Shown piece after piece: positions 9,701-24,700 of a stretch of 64,000 bases of DNA (its first letter is position 1; each line of letters begins with the position of its first letter). Both the position numbers and the translations under genes were made by a program. The stretch is taken from assembly GCF_009914755.1 (NCBI RefSeq), contig NC_060940.1. One strand, written 5' to 3'. The notes under the pieces were generated by a model, which was given only the letters and a program-made list of their open reading frames with translations, searched no databases and had not been told where the DNA came from. Source of the stretch: the human T2T-CHM13v2.0 reference genome, Homo sapiens.

Positions 9701-12700
9701 CTTTTCAAAGAGCAGTTAGGAAACACTCTGTTTGTAAAGTCTGCAAGTGGATATTCAGACCTCTTTGAGGCCTTCGTTGGAAACGGGATTTCTTCATATT
9801 ATGCTAGACAGATGAATTCTCAGTAACTTCCTTGTGTTGTGTGTATTCAACTCACAGAGTTAAACGATCCTTTACACAGAGCAGATTTGAAACACTGTTT
9901 TTCTGGAATTTGCAAGTGGAGATTTCAGCCGCTTTGAGGTCAATGGTAGAAAAGGAAATATCTTCGTATAAAAACTAGACAGAATGATTCTCAGAAACTC
10001 CTTTGTGATGTGTGCGTTCAACTCACAGAGTTTAACCTTTCTTTTCACAGAGCAGTTAGGAAACACTCTGTTTGTGAAGCCTGCCAGTGGATATTCGGAC
10101 CTCTTTGAGGCCTTCGTTGGAAACGGGATTTCTTCATATTATGCTAGACAGAAGATTTCTCAGTAACTTCTTTGTGTTGTGTGTATGCAACTCACAGAGT
10201 TCAACCTTCCTTTAGACAGAGCAGATTTGAAACACTCTTTTTGTGGAATTTGCAAGTGGAGATTTCAAGCGCTTCGATGCCAATGGTAGAAAAGGAAATA
10301 TCTTCGTAGAAAAACAAGACAAACTCGTTCCCAGACACTGCGTAGTGATGTGTGTGTTTAACTCACAGAGTTTAACCTTTCTTTTCATACAGCATTCTGG
10401 AAACCCTGTGTTTGTAAAGTCTGCAAGTGGATATTTGGACCTCTTAGATGCCTTCGTTGGAAACGGGATTTCTTCATATAATGCTAGAGGGAAGAATTCT
10501 TAGTAACTTCTTTGTGTTGTGTGTATTCAACTGACAGAGTTGAACCTTCCTTTAGACAGAGCAGATTTGAAAGTCTCTTTTTGTGGAATTTGCAAGTGGA
10601 GATTTCAAGCGCTTTGAGGCCAAAAGCAGAAAAGGAAATATTTTCCTATAAAAACTCGACAGAATCTTTCTCAGAAACTGCTCTGGGATGTGTGCGTTCA
10701 ACTCACAGAGTTTAACTTTTCTTTTCATTCAGCAGTTTGGAAACACTCTGTTTGGAAAGTCTGCACGTGGATATTTTGACCTCTTTGAGGCCTTCGTTGG
10801 AAACGGGTTTTTTTCATGTAAGGCTAGACAGAAGAAATCTCAGTAACTTCCTTGTGTTGTGTGTATTCAACTGACAGAGTTGAACCTTCCTTTAGACAGA
10901 GCAGATTCGAAACACTCTTTTTCTGCAATTTGCAAGTGGAGACTTCAAGCGCTTTGAGGCCAAAGGCAGAAAAGGAAATATCTTCGTATAAAAACCCGAC
11001 AGAATCATTCTCAGAAACTGCTCTGTGATGTGTGCGTTCAACTCACAGAGTTTAACTTTTCTTTTCATTCAGCAGTTTGGAAACACTCTGTTTGTAAAGT
11101 CTGCAAGTGGATATCTTGGCCTCTTAGAGGCCTTCGTTGGAAACGGGTTTTTTCATGTAAGGTTAGACAGAGGAATTCCCAGTAACTTCCTTGTGTTGTG
11201 TGCATTCAACTCACAGAGTTGAATGATTCTTTACACAGAGCAGATTTGAGACACTCTTTTGGTGGAATTTGTAAGTGGAGAATTCAGCCGCTTTGAGGTC
11301 AACGGTAGAAAAGGAAATATCTTCGTATAAAAACTAGACAGAATGATTCTCAGAAACTGTTTTGTGATGTGTGCGTTCAACTCACAGAGTTTAACCTTTC
11401 TTTTCAAAGAGCAGTTAGGAAACACTCTGTTTGTAAAGTCTGCAAGTGGATATTCAGACCTCTTTGAGGCCTTCGTTGGAAACGGGATTTCTTCATATTA
11501 TGCTAGACAGATGAATTCTCAGTAACTTCCTTGTGTTGTGTGTATTCAACTCACAGAGTTGAACGATCCTTTACACAGAGCAGATTTGAAACACTGTTTT
11601 TCTGGAATTTGCAAGTGGAGATTTCAGCCGCTTTGAGGTCAATGGTAGAAAAGGAAATATCTTCGTATAAAAACTAGACAGAATGATTCTCAGAAACTCC
11701 TTTGTGATGTGTGCGTTCAACTCACAGAGTTTAACCTTTCTTTTCACAGAGCAGTTAGGAAACACTCTGTTTGTGAAGCCTGCCAGTGGATATTCGGACC
11801 TCTTTGAGGCCTTCGTTGGAAACGGGATTTCTTCATATTATGCTAGACAGAAGATTTCTCAGTAACTTCTTTGTGTTGTGTGTATGCAACTCACAGAGTT
11901 CAACCTTCCTTTAGACAGAGCAGATTTGAAACACTCTTTTTGTGGAATTTGCAAGTGGAGATTTCAAGCGCTTCGATGCCAATGGTAGAAAAGGAAATAT
12001 CTTCGTATAAAAACAAGACAAACTCGTTCCCAGACACTGCGTAGTGATGTGTGTGTTTAACTCACAGAGTTTAACCTTTCTTTTCATACAGCATTCTGGA
12101 AACCCTGTGTTTGTAAAGTCTGCAAGTGGATATTTGGACCTCTTAGATGCCTTCGTTGGAAACGGGATTTCTTCATATAATGCTAGAGGGAAGAATTCTT
12201 AGTAACTTCTTTGTGTTGTGTGTATTCAACTGACAGAGTTGAACCTTCCTTTAGACAGAGCAGATTTGAAAGTCTCTTTCTGTGGAATTTGCAAGTGGAG
12301 ATTTCAAGCGCTTTGAGGCCAAAAGCAGAAAAGGAAATATTTTCCTATAAAAACTCGACAGAATCTTTCTCAGAAACTGCTCTGGGATGTGTGCGTTCAA
12401 CTCACAGAGTTTAACTTTTCTTTTCATTCAGCAGTTTGGAAACACTCTGTTTGGAAAGTCTGCACGTGGATATTTTGACCTCTTTGAGGCCTTCGTTGGA
12501 AACGGGTTTTTTTCATGTAAGGCTAGACAGAAGAAATCTCAGTAACTTCCTTGTGTTGTGTGTATTCAACTGACAGAGTTGAACCTTCCTTTAGACAGAG
12601 CAGATTCGAAACACTCTTTTTCTGCAATTTGCAAGTGGAGACTTCAAGCGCTTTGAGGCCAAAGGCAGAAAAGGAAATATCTTCGTATAAAAACCCGACA

Positions 12701-15700
12701 GAATCATTCTCAGAAACTGCTCTGTGATGTGTGCGTTCAACTCACAGAGTTTAACTTTTCTTTTCATTCAGCAGTTTGGAAACACTCTGTTTGTAAAGTC
12801 TGCAAGTGGATATCTTGGCCTCTTAGAGGCCTTCGTTGGAAGCGGGTTTTTTCATGTAAGGATAGACAGAGGAATTCCCAGTAACTTCCTTGTGTTGTGT
12901 GCATTCAACTCACAGAGTTGAATGATTCTTTACACAGAGCAGATTTGAGACACTCTTTTGGTGGAATTTGTAAGTGGAGAATTCAGCCGCTTTGAGGTCA
13001 ACGGTAGAAAAGGAAATATCTTCGTATAAAAACTAGACAGAATGATTCTCAGAAACTGTTTTGTGATGTGTGCGTTCAACTCACAGAGTTTAACCTTTCT
13101 TTTCAAAGAGCAGTTAGGAAACACTCTGTTTGTAAAGTCTGCAAGTGGATATTCAGACCTCTTTGAGGCCTTCGTTGGAAACGGGATTTCTTCATATTAT
13201 GCTAGACAGATGAATTCTCAGTAACTTCCTTGTGTTGTGTGTATTCAACTCACAGAGTTGAACGATCCTTTACACAGAGCAGATTTGAAACACTGTTTTT
13301 CTGGAATTTGCAAGTGGAGATTTCAGCCGCTTTGAGGTCAATGGTAGAAAAGGAAATATCTTCGTATAAAAACTAGACAGAATGATTCTCAGAAACTCCT
13401 TTGTGATGTGTGCGTTCAACTCACAGAGTTTAACCTTTCTTTTCACAGAGCAGTTAGGAAACACTCTGTTTGTGAAGCCTGCCAGTGGATATTCGGACCT
13501 CTTTGAGGCCTTCGTTGGAAACGGGATTTCTTCATATTATGCTAGACAGAAGATTTCTCAGTAACTTCTTTGTGTTGTGTGTATGCAACTCACAGAGTTC
13601 AACCTTCCTTTAGACAGAGCAGATTTGAAACACTCTTTTTGTGGAATTTGCAAGTGGAGATTTCAAGCGCTTCGATGCCAATGGTAGAAAAGGAAATATC
13701 TTCGTATAAAAACAAGACAAACTCGTTCCCAGACACTGCGTAGTGATGTGTGTGTTTAACTCACAGAGTTTAACCTTTCTTTTCATACAGCATTCTGGAA
13801 ACCCTGTGTTTGTAAAGTCTGCAAGTGGATATTTGGACCTCTTAGATGCCTTCGTTGGAAACGGGATTTCTTCATATAATGCTAGAGGGAAGAATTCTTA
13901 GTAACTTCTTTGTGTTGTGTGTATTCAACTGACAGAGTTGAACCTTCCTTTAGACAGAGCAGATTTGAAAGTCTCTTTTTGTGGAATTTGCAAGTGGAGA
14001 TTTCAAGCGCTTTGAGGCCAAAAGCAGAAAAGGAAATATTTTCCTATAAAAACTAGACAGAATCTTTCTCAGAAACTGCTCTGGGATGTGTGCGTTCAAC
14101 TCACAGAGTTTAACTTTTCTTTTCATTCAGCAGTTTGGAAACACTCTGTTTGGAAAGTCTGCACGTGGATATTTTGACCTCTTTGAGGCCTTCGTTGGAA
14201 ACGGGTTTTTTTCATGTAAGGCTAGACAGAAGAAATCTCAGTAACTTCCTTGTGTTGTGTGTATTCAACTGACAGAGTTGAACCTTCCTTTAGACAGAGC
14301 AGATTCGAAACACTCTTTTTCTGCAATTTGCAAGTGGAGACTTCAAGCGCTTTGAGGCCAAAGGCAGAAAAGGAAATATCTTCGTATAAAAACCCGACAG
14401 AATCATTCTCAGAAACTGCTCTGTGATGTGTGCGTTCAACTCACAGAGTTTAACTTTTCTTTTCATTCAGCAGTTTGGAAACACTCTGTTTGTAAAGTCT
14501 GCAAGTGGATATCTTGGCCTCTTAGAGGCCTTCGTTGGAAGCGGGTTTTTTCATGTAAGGTTAGACAGAGGAATTCCCAGTAACTTCCTTGTGTTGTGTG
14601 CATTCAACTCACAGAGTTGAATGATTCTTTACACAGAGCAGATTTGAGACACTCTTTTGGTGGAATTTGTAATTGGAGAATTCAGCCGCTTTGAGGTCAA
14701 CGGTAGAAAAGCAAATATCTTCGTATAAAAACTAGACAGAATGATTCTCAGAAACTGTTTTGTGATGTGTGCGTTCAACTCACAGAGTTTAACCTTTCTT
14801 TTCAAAGAGCAGTTAGGAAACACTCTGTTTGTAAAGTCTGCAAGTGGATATTCAGACCTCTTTGAGGCCTTCGTTGGAAACGGGATTTCTTCATATTATG
14901 CTAGACAGATGAATTCTCAGTAACTTCCTTGTGTTGTGTGTATTCAACTCACAGAGTTGAACGATCCTTTACACAGAGCAGATTTGAAACACTGTTTTTC
15001 TGGAATTTGCAAGTGGAGATTTCAGCCGCTTTGAGGTCAATGGTAGAAAAGGAAATATCTTCGTATAAAAACTAGACAGAATGATTCTCAGAAACTCCTT
15101 TGTGATGTGTGCGTTCAACTCACAGAGTTTAACCTTTCTTTTCACAGAGCAGTTAGGAAACACTCTGTTTGTGAAGCCTGCCAGTGGATATTCGGACCTC
15201 TTTGAGGCCTTCGTTGGAAACGGGATTTCTTCATATTATGCTAGACAGAAGATTTCTCAGTAACTTCTTTGTGTTGTGTGTATGCAACTCACAGAGTTCA
15301 ACCTTCCTTTAGACAGAGCAGATTTGAAACACTCTTTTTGTGGAATTTGCAAGTGGAGATTTCAAGCGCTTCGATGCCAATGGTAGAAAAGGAAATATCT
15401 TCGTATAAAAACAAGACAAACTCGTTCCCAGACACTGCGTAGTGATGTGTGTGTTTAACTCACAGAGTTTAACCTTTCTTTTCATACAGCATTCTGGAAA
15501 CCCTGTGTTTGTAAAGTCTGCAAGTGGATATTTGGACCTCTTAGATGCCTTCGTTGGAAACGGGATTTCTTCATATAATGCTAGAGGGAAGAATTCTTAG
15601 TAACTTCTTTGTGTTGTGTGTATTCAACTGACAGAGTTGAACCTTCCTTTAGACAGAGCAGATTTGAAAGTCTCTTTCTGTGGAATTTGCAAGTGGAGAT

Positions 15701-18700
15701 TTCAAGCGCTTTGAGGCCAAAAGCAGAAAAGGAAATATTTTCCTATAAAAACTCGACAGAATCTTTCTCAGAAACTGCTCTGGGATGTGTGCGTTCAACT
15801 CACAGAGTTTAACTTTTCTTTTCATTCAGCAGTTTGGAAACACTCTGTTTGGAAAGTCTGCACGTGGATATTTTGACCTCTTTGAGGCCTTCGTTGGAAA
15901 CGGGTTTTTTTCATGTAAGGCTAGACAGAAGAAATCTCAGTAACTTCCTTGTGTTGTGTGTATTCAACTGACAGAGTTGAACCTTCCTTTAGACAGAGCA
16001 GATTCGAAACACTCTTTTTCTGCAATTTGCAAGTGGAGACTTCAAGCGCTTTGAGGCCAAAGGCAGAAAAGGAAATATCTTCGTATAAAAACCCGACAGA
16101 ATCATTCTCAGAAACTGCTCTGTGATGTGTGCGTTCAACTCACAGAGTTTAACTTTTCTTTTCATTCAGCAGTTTGGAAACACTCTGTTTGTAAAGTCTG
16201 CAAGTGGATATCTTGGCCTCTTAGAGGCCTTCGTTGGAAACGGGTTTTTTCATGTAAGGTTAGACAGAGGAATTCCCAGTAACTTCCTTGTGTTGTGTGC
16301 ATTCAACTCACAGAGTTGAATGATTCTTTACACAGAGCAGATTTGAGACACTCTTTTGGTGGAATTTGTAAGTGGAGAATTCAGCCGCTTTGAGGTCAAC
16401 GGTAGAAAAGGAAATATCTTCGTATAAAAACTAGACAGAATGATTCTCAGAAACTGTTTTGTGATGTGTGCGTTCAACTCACAGAGTTTAACCTTTCTTT
16501 TCAAAGAGCAGTTAGGAAACACTCTGTTTGTAAAGTCTGCAAGTGGATATTCAGACCTCTTTGAGGCCTTCGTTGGAAACGGGATTTCTTCATATTATGC
16601 TAGACAGATGAATTCTCAGTAACTTCCTTGTGTTGTGTGTATTCAACTCACAGAGTTGAACGATCCTTTACACAGAGCAGATTTGAAACACTGTTTTTCT
16701 GGAATTTGCAAGTGGAGATTTCAGCCGCTTTGAGGTCAATGGTAGAAAAGGAAATATCTTCGTATAAAAACTAGACAGAATGATTCTCAGAAACTCCTTT
16801 GTGATGTGTGCGTTCAACTCACAGAGTTTAACCTTTCTTTTCACAGAGCAGTTAGGAAACACTCTGTTTGTGAAGCCTGCCAGTGGATATTCGGACCTCT
16901 TTGAGGCCTTCGTTGGAAACGGGATTTCTTCATATTATGCTAGACAGAAGATTTCTCAGTAACTTCTTTGTGTTGTGTGTATGCAACTCACAGAGTTCAA
17001 CCTTCCTTTAGACAGAGCAGATTTGAAACACTCTTTTTGTGGAATTTGCAAGTGGAGATTTCAAGCGCTTCGATGCCAATGGTAGAAAAGGAAATATCTT
17101 CGTATAAAAACAAGACAAACTCGTTCCCAGACACTGCGTAGTGATGTGTGTGTTTAACTCACAGAGTTTAACCTTTCTTTTCATACAGCATTCTGGAAAC
17201 CCTCTGTTTGTAAAGTCTGCAAGTGGATATTTGGACCTCTTAGATGCCTTCGTTGGAAACGGGATTTCTTCATATAATGCTAGAGGGAAGAATTCTTAGT
17301 AACTTCTTTGTGTTGTGTGTATTCAACTGACAGAGTTGAACCTTCCTTTAGACAGAGCAGATTTGAAAGTCTCTTTTTGTGGAATTTGCAAGTGGAGATT
17401 TCAAGCGCTTTGAGGCCAAAAGCAGAAAAGGAATTATTTTCCTATAAAAACTCGACAGAATCTTTCTCAGAAACTGCTCTGGGATGTGTGCGTTCAACTC
17501 ACAGAGTTTAACTTTTCTTTTCATTCAGCAGTTTGGAAACACTCTGTTTGGAAAGTCTGCACGTGGATATTTTGACCTCTTTGAGGCCTTCGTTGGAAAC
17601 GGGTTTTTTTCATGTAAGGCTAGACAGAAGAAATCTCAGTAACTTCCTTGTGTTGTGTGTATTCAACTGACAGAGTTGAACCTTCCTTTAGACAGAGCAG
17701 ATTCGAAACACTCTTTTTCTGCAATTTGCAAGTGGAGACTTCAAGCGCTTTGAGGCCAAAGGCAGAAAAGGAAATATCTTCGTATAAAAACCCGACAGAA
17801 TCATTCTCAGAAACTGCTCTGTGATGTGTGCGTTCAACTCACAGAGTTTAACTTTTCTTTTCATTCAGCAGTTTGGAAACACTCTGTTTGTAAAGTCTGC
17901 AAGTGGATATCTTGGCCTCTTAGAGGCCTTCGTTGGAAACGGGTTTTTTCATGTAAGGTTAGACAGAGGAATTCCCAGTAACTTCCTTGTGTTGTGTGCA
18001 TTCAACTCACAGAGTTGAATGATTCTTTACACAGAGCAGATTTGAGACACTCTTTTGGTGGAATTTGTAAGTGGAGAATTCAGCCGCTTTGAGGTCAACG
18101 GTAGAAAAGCAAATATCTTCGTATAAAAACTAGACAGAATGATTCTCAGAAACTGTTTTGTGATGTGTGCGTTCAACTCACAGAGTTTAACCTTTCTTTT
18201 CAAAGAGCAGTTAGGAAACACTCTGTTTGTAAAGTCTGCAAGTGGATATTCAGACCTCTTTGAGGCCTTCGTTGGAAACGGGATTTCTTCATATTATGCT
18301 AGACAGATGAATTCTCAGTAACTTCCTTGTGTTGTGTGTATTCAACTCACAGAGTTGAACGATCCTTTACACAGAGCAGATTTGAAACACTGTTTTTCTG
18401 GAATTTGCAAGTGGAGATTTCAGCCGCTTTGAGGTCAATGGTAGAAAAGGAAATATCTTCGTATAAAAACTAGACAGAATGATTCTCAGAAACTCCTTTG
18501 TGATGTGTGCGTTCAACTCACAGAGTTTAACCTTTCTTTTCACAGAGCAGTTAGGAAACACTCTGTTTGTGAAGCCTGCCAGTGGATATTCGGACCTCTT
18601 TGAGGCCTTCGTTGGAAACGGGATTTCTTCATATTATGCTAGACAGAAGATTTCTCAGTAACTTCTTTGTGTTGTGTGTATGCAACTCACAGAGTTCAAC

Positions 18701-21700
18701 CTTCCTTTAGACAGAGCAGATTTGAAACACTCTTTTTGTGGAATTTGCAAGTGGAGATTTCAAGCGCTTCGATGCCAATGGTAGAAAAGGAAATATCTTC
18801 GTATAAAAACAAGACAAACTCGTTCCCAGACACTGCGTAGTGATGTGTGTGTTTAACTCACAGAGTTTAACCTTTCTTTTCATACAGCATTCTGGAAACC
18901 CTGTGTTTGTAAAGTCTGCAAGTGGATATTTGGACCTCTTAGATGCCTTCGTTGGAAACGGGATTTCTTCATATAATGCTAGAGGGAAGAATTCTTAGTA
19001 ACTTCTTTGTGTTGTGTGTATTCAACTGACAGAGTTGAACCTTCCTTTAGACAGAGCAGATTTGAAAGTCTCTTTTTGTGGAATTTGCAAGTGGAGATTT
19101 CAAGCGCTTTGAGGCCAAAAGCAGAAAAGGAAATATTTTCCTATAAAAACTCGACAGAATCTTTCTCAGAAACTGCTCTGGGATGTGTGCGTTCAACTCA
19201 CAGAGTTTAACTTTTCTTTTCATTCAGCAGTTTGGAAACACTCTGTTTGGAAAGTCTGCACGTGGATATTTTGACCTCTTTGAGGCCTTCGTTGGAAACG
19301 GGTTTTTTTCATGTAAGGCTAGACAGAAGAAATCTCAGTAACTTCCTTGTGTTGTGTGTATTCAACTGACAGAGTTGAACCTTCCTTTAGACAGAGCAGA
19401 TTCGAAACACTCTTTTTCTGCAATTTGCAAGTGGAGACTTCAAGCGCTTTGAGGCCAAAGGCAGAAAAGGAAATATCTTCGTATAAAAACCCGACAGAAT
19501 CATTCTCAGAAACTGCTCTGTGATGTGTGCGTTCAACTCACAGAGTTTAACTTTTCTTTTCATTCAGCAGTTTGGAAACACTCTGTTTGTAAAGTCTGCA
19601 AGTGGATATCTTGGCCTCTTAGAGGCCTTCGTTGGAAACGGGTTTTTTCATGTAAGGTTAGACAGAGGAATTCCCAGTAACTTCCTTGTGTTGTGTGCAT
19701 TCAACTCACAGAGTTGAATGATTCTTTACACAGAGCAGATTTGAGACACTCTTTTGGTGGAATTTGTAAGTGGAGAATTCAGCCGCTTTGAGGTCAACGG
19801 TAGAAAAGGAAATATCTTCGTATAAAAACTAGACAGAATGATTCTCAGAAACTGTTTTGTGATGTGTGCGTTCAACTCACAGAGTTTAACCTTTCTTTTC
19901 AAAGAGCAGTTAGGAAACACTCTGTTTGTAAAGTCTGCAAGTGGATATTCAGACCTCTTTGAGGCCTTCGTTGGAAACGGGATTTCTTCATATTATGCTA
20001 GACAGATGAATTCTCAGTAACTTCCTTGTGTTGTGTGTATTCAACTCACAGAGTTGAACGATCCTTTACACAGAGCAGATTTGAAACACTGTTTTTCTGG
20101 AATTTGCAAGTGGAGATTTCAGCCGCTTTGAGGTCAATGGTAGAAAAGGAAATATCTTCGTATAAAAACTAGACAGAATGATTCTCAGAAACTCCTTTGT
20201 GATGTGTGCGTTCAACTCACAGAGTTTAACCTTTCTTTTCACAGAGCAGTTAGGAAACACTCTGTTTGTGAAGCCTGCCAGTGGATATTCGGACCTCTTT
20301 GAGGCCTTCGTTGGAAACGGGATTTCTTCATATTATGCTAGACAGAAGATTTCTCAGTAACTTCTTTGTGTTGTGTGTATGCAACTCACAGAGTTCAACC
20401 TTCCTTTAGACAGAGCAGATTTGAAACACTCTTTTTGTGGAATTTGCAAGTGGAGATTTCAAGCGCTTCGATGCCAATGGTAGAAAAGGAAATATCTTCG
20501 TATAAAAACAAGACAAACTCGTTCCCAGACACTGCGTAGTGATGTGTGTGTTTAACTCACAGAGTTTAACCTTTCTTTTCATACAGCATTCTGGAAACCC
20601 TGTGTTTGTAAAGTCTGCAAGTGGATATTTGGACCTCTTAGATGCCTTCGTTGGAAACGGGATTTCTTCATATAATGCTAGAGGGAAGAATTCTTAGTAA
20701 CTTCTTTGTGTTGTGTGTATTCAACTGACAGAGTTGAACCTTCCTTTAGACAGAGCAGATTTGAAAGTCTCTTTTTGTGGAATTTGCAAGTGGAGATTTC
20801 AAGCGCTTTGAGGCCAAAAGCAGAAAAGGAAATATTTTCCTATAAAAACTAGACAGAATCTTTCTCAGAAACTGCTCTGGGATGTGTGCGTTCAACTCAC
20901 AGAGTTTAACTTTTCTTTTCATTCAGCAGTTTGGAAACACTCTGTTTGGAAAGTCTGCACGTGGATATTTTGACCTCTTTGAGGCCTTCGTTGGAAACGG
21001 GTTTTTTTCATGTAAGGCTAGACAGAAGAAATCTCAGTAACTTCCTTGTGTTGTGTGTATTCAACTGACAGAGTTGAACCTTCCTTTAGACAGAGCAGAT
21101 TCGAAACACTCTTTTTCTGCAATTTGCAAGTGGAGACTTCAAGCGCTTTGAGGCCAAAGGCAGAAAAGGAAATATCTTCGTATAAAAACCCGACAGAATC
21201 ATTCTCAGAAACTGCTCTGTGATGTGTGCGTTCAACTCACAGAGTTTAACTTTTCTTTTCATTCAGCAGTTTGGAAACACTCTGTTTGTAAAGTCTGCAA
21301 GTGGATATCTTGGCCTCTTAGAGGCCTTCGTTGGAAACGGGTTTTTTCATGTAAGGTTAGACAGAGGAATTCCCAGTAACTTCCTTGTGTTGTGTGCATT
21401 CAACTCACAGAGTTGAATGATTCTTTACACAGAGCAGATTTGAGACACTCTTTTGGTGGAATTTGTAAGTGGAGAATTCAGCCGCTTTGAGGTCAACGGT
21501 AGAAAAGGAAATATCTTCGTATAAAAACTAGACAGAATGATTCTCAGAAACTGTTTTGTGATGTGTGCGTTCAACTCACAGAGTTTAACCTTTCTTTTCA
21601 AAGAGCAGTTAGGAAACACTCTGTTTGTAAAGTCTGCAAGTGGATATTCAGACCTCTTTGAGGCCTTCGTTGGAAACGGGATTTCTTCATATTATGCTAG

Positions 21701-24700
21701 ACAGAAGAATTCTCAGTAACTTCCTTGTGTTGTGTGTATTCAACTCACAGAGTTGAACGATGCTTTACACAGAGCAGATTTGAAACACTCTTTTTCTGGA
21801 ATTTGCAAGTGGAGATTTCAGCCGCTTTGAGGTCAATGGTAGAAAAGGAAATATCTTCGTATAAAAACTAGACAGAATGATTCTCAGAAACTCCTTTGTG
21901 ATGTGTGCGTTCAACTCACAGAGTTTAACCTTTCTTTTCACAGAGCAGTTAGGAAACACTCTGTTTGTGAAGCCTGCCAGTGGATATTCGGACCTCTTTG
22001 AGGCCTTCGTTGGAAACGGGATTTCTTCATATTATGCTAGACAGAAGATTTCTCAGTAACTTCTTTGTGTTGTGTGTATGCAACTCACAGAGTTCAACCT
22101 TCCTTTAGACAGAGCAGATTTGAAACACTCTTTTTGTGGAATTTGCAAGTGGAGATTTCAAGCGCTTCGATGCCAATGGTAGAAAAGGAAATATCTTCGT
22201 ATAAAAACAAGACAAACTCGTTCCCAGACACTGCGTAGTGATGTGTGTGTTTAACTCACAGAGTTTAACCTTTCTTTTCATACAGCATTCTGGAAACCCT
22301 GTGTTTGTAAAGTCTGCAAGTGGATATTTGGACCTCTTAGATGCCTTCGTTGGAAACGGGATTTCTTCATATAATGCTAGAGGGAAGAATTCTTAGTAAC
22401 TTCTTTGTGTTGTGTGTATTCAACTGACAGAGTTGAACCTTCCTTTAGACAGAGCAGATTTGAAAGTCTCTTTTTGTGGAATTTGCAAGTGGAGATTTCA
22501 AGCGCTTTGAGGCCAAAAGCAGAAAAGGAAATATTTTCCTATAAAAACTCGACAGAATCTTTCTCAGAAACTGCTCTGGGATGTGTGCGTTCAACTCACA
22601 GAGTTTAACTTTTCTTTTCATTCAGCAGTTTGGAAACACTCTGTTTGGAAAGTCTGCACGTGGATATTTTGACCTCTTTGAGGCCTTCGTTGGAAACGGG
22701 TTTTTTTCATGTAAGGCTAGACAGAAGAAATCTCAGTAACTTCCTTGTGTTGTGTGTATTCAACTGACAGAGTTGAACCTTCCTTTAGACAGAGCAGATT
22801 CGAAACACTCTTTTTCTGCAATTTGCAAGTGGAGACTTCAAGCGCTTTGAGGCCAAAGGCAGAAAAGGAAATATCTTCGTATAAAAACCCGACAGAATCA
22901 TTCTCAGAAACTGCTCTGTGATGTGTGCGTTCAACTCACAGAGTTTAACTTTTCTTTTCATTCAGCAGTTTGGAAACACTCTGTTTGTAAAGTCTGCAAG
23001 TGGATATCTTGGCCTCTTAGAGGCCTTCGTTGGAAGCGGGTTTTTTCATGTAAGGATAGACAGAGGAATTCCCAGTAACTTCCTTGTGTTGTGTGCATTC
23101 AACTCACAGAGTTGAATGATTCTTTACACAGAGCAGATTTGAGACACTCTTTTGGTGGAATTTGTAAGTGGAGAATTCAGCCGCTTTGAGGTCAACGGTA
23201 GAAAAGGAAATATCTTCGTATAAAAACTAGACAGAATGATTCTCAGAAACTGTTTTGTGATGTGTGCGTTCAACTCACAGAGTTTAACCTTTCTTTTCAA
23301 AGAGCAGTTAGGAAACACTCTGTTTGTAAAGTCTGCAAGTGGATATTCAGACCTCTTTGAGGCCTTCGTTGGAAACGGGATTTCTTCATATTATGCTAGA
23401 CAGATGAATTCTCAGTAACTTCCTTGTGTTGTGTGTATTCAACTCACAGAGTTGAACGATCCTTTACACAGAGCAGATTTGAAACACTGTTTTTCTGGAA
23501 TTTGCAAGTGGAGATTTCAGCCGCTTTGAGGTCAATGGTAGAAAAGGAAATATCTTCGTATAAAAACTAGACAGAATGATTCTCAGAAACTCCTTTGTGA
23601 TGTGTGCGTTCAACTCACAGAGTTTAACCTTTCTTTTCACAGAGCAGTTAGGAAACACTCTGTTTGTGAAGCCTGCCAGTGGATATTCGGACCTCTTTGA
23701 GGCCTTCGTTGGAAACGGGATTTCTTCATATTATGCTAGACAGAAGATTTCTCAGTAACTTCTTTGTGTTGTGTGTATGCAACTCACAGAGTTCAACCTT
23801 CCTTTAGACAGAGCAGATTTGAAACACTCTTTTTGTGGAATTTGCAAGTGGAGATTTCAAGCGCTTCGATGCCAATGGTAGAAAAGGAAATATCTTCGTA
23901 TAAAAACAAGACAAACTCGTTCCCAGACACTGCGTAGTGATGTGTGTGTTTAACTCACAGAGTTTAACCTTTCTTTTCATACAGCATTCTGGAAACCCTG
24001 TGTTTGTAAAGTCTGCAAGTGGATATTTGGACCTCTTAGATGCCTTCGTTGGAAACGGGATTTCTTCATATAATGCTAGAGGGAAGAATTCTTAGTAACT
24101 TCTTTGTGTTGTGTGTATTCAACTGACAGAGTTGAACCTTCCTTTAGACAGAGCAGATTTGAAAGTCTCTTTTTGTGGAATTTGCAAGTGGAGATTTCAA
24201 GCGCTTTGAGGCTAAAAGCAGAAAAGGAAATATTTTCCTATAAAAACTAGACAGAATCTTTCTCAGAAACTGCTCTGGGATGTGTGCGTTCAACTCACAG
24301 AGTTTAACTTTTCTTTTCATTCAGCAGTTTGGAAACACTCTGTTTGGAAAGTCTGCACGTGGATATTTTGACCTCTTTGAGGCCTTCGTTGGAAACGGGT
24401 TTTTTTCATGTAAGGCTAGACAGAAGAAATCTCAGTAACTTCCTTGTGTTGTGTGTATTCAACTGACAGAGTTGAACCTTCCTTTAGACAGAGCAGATTC
24501 GAAACACTCTTTTTCTGCAATTTGCAAGTGGAGACTTCAAGCGCTTTGAGGCCAAAGGCAGAAAAGGAAATATCTTCGTATAAAAACCCGACAGAATCAT
24601 TCTCAGAAACTGCTCTGTGATGTGTGCGTTCAACTCACAGAGTTTAACTTTTCTTTTCATTCAGCAGTTTGGAAACACTCTGTTTGTAAAGTCTGCAAGT

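Noticed and set aside
10243-10503. Longest ORF class (86 aa) in seven copies
   Set aside because: It arises from a single TAA-removing T>G variant at HOR offset 117. It is useful as a haplotype marker only.
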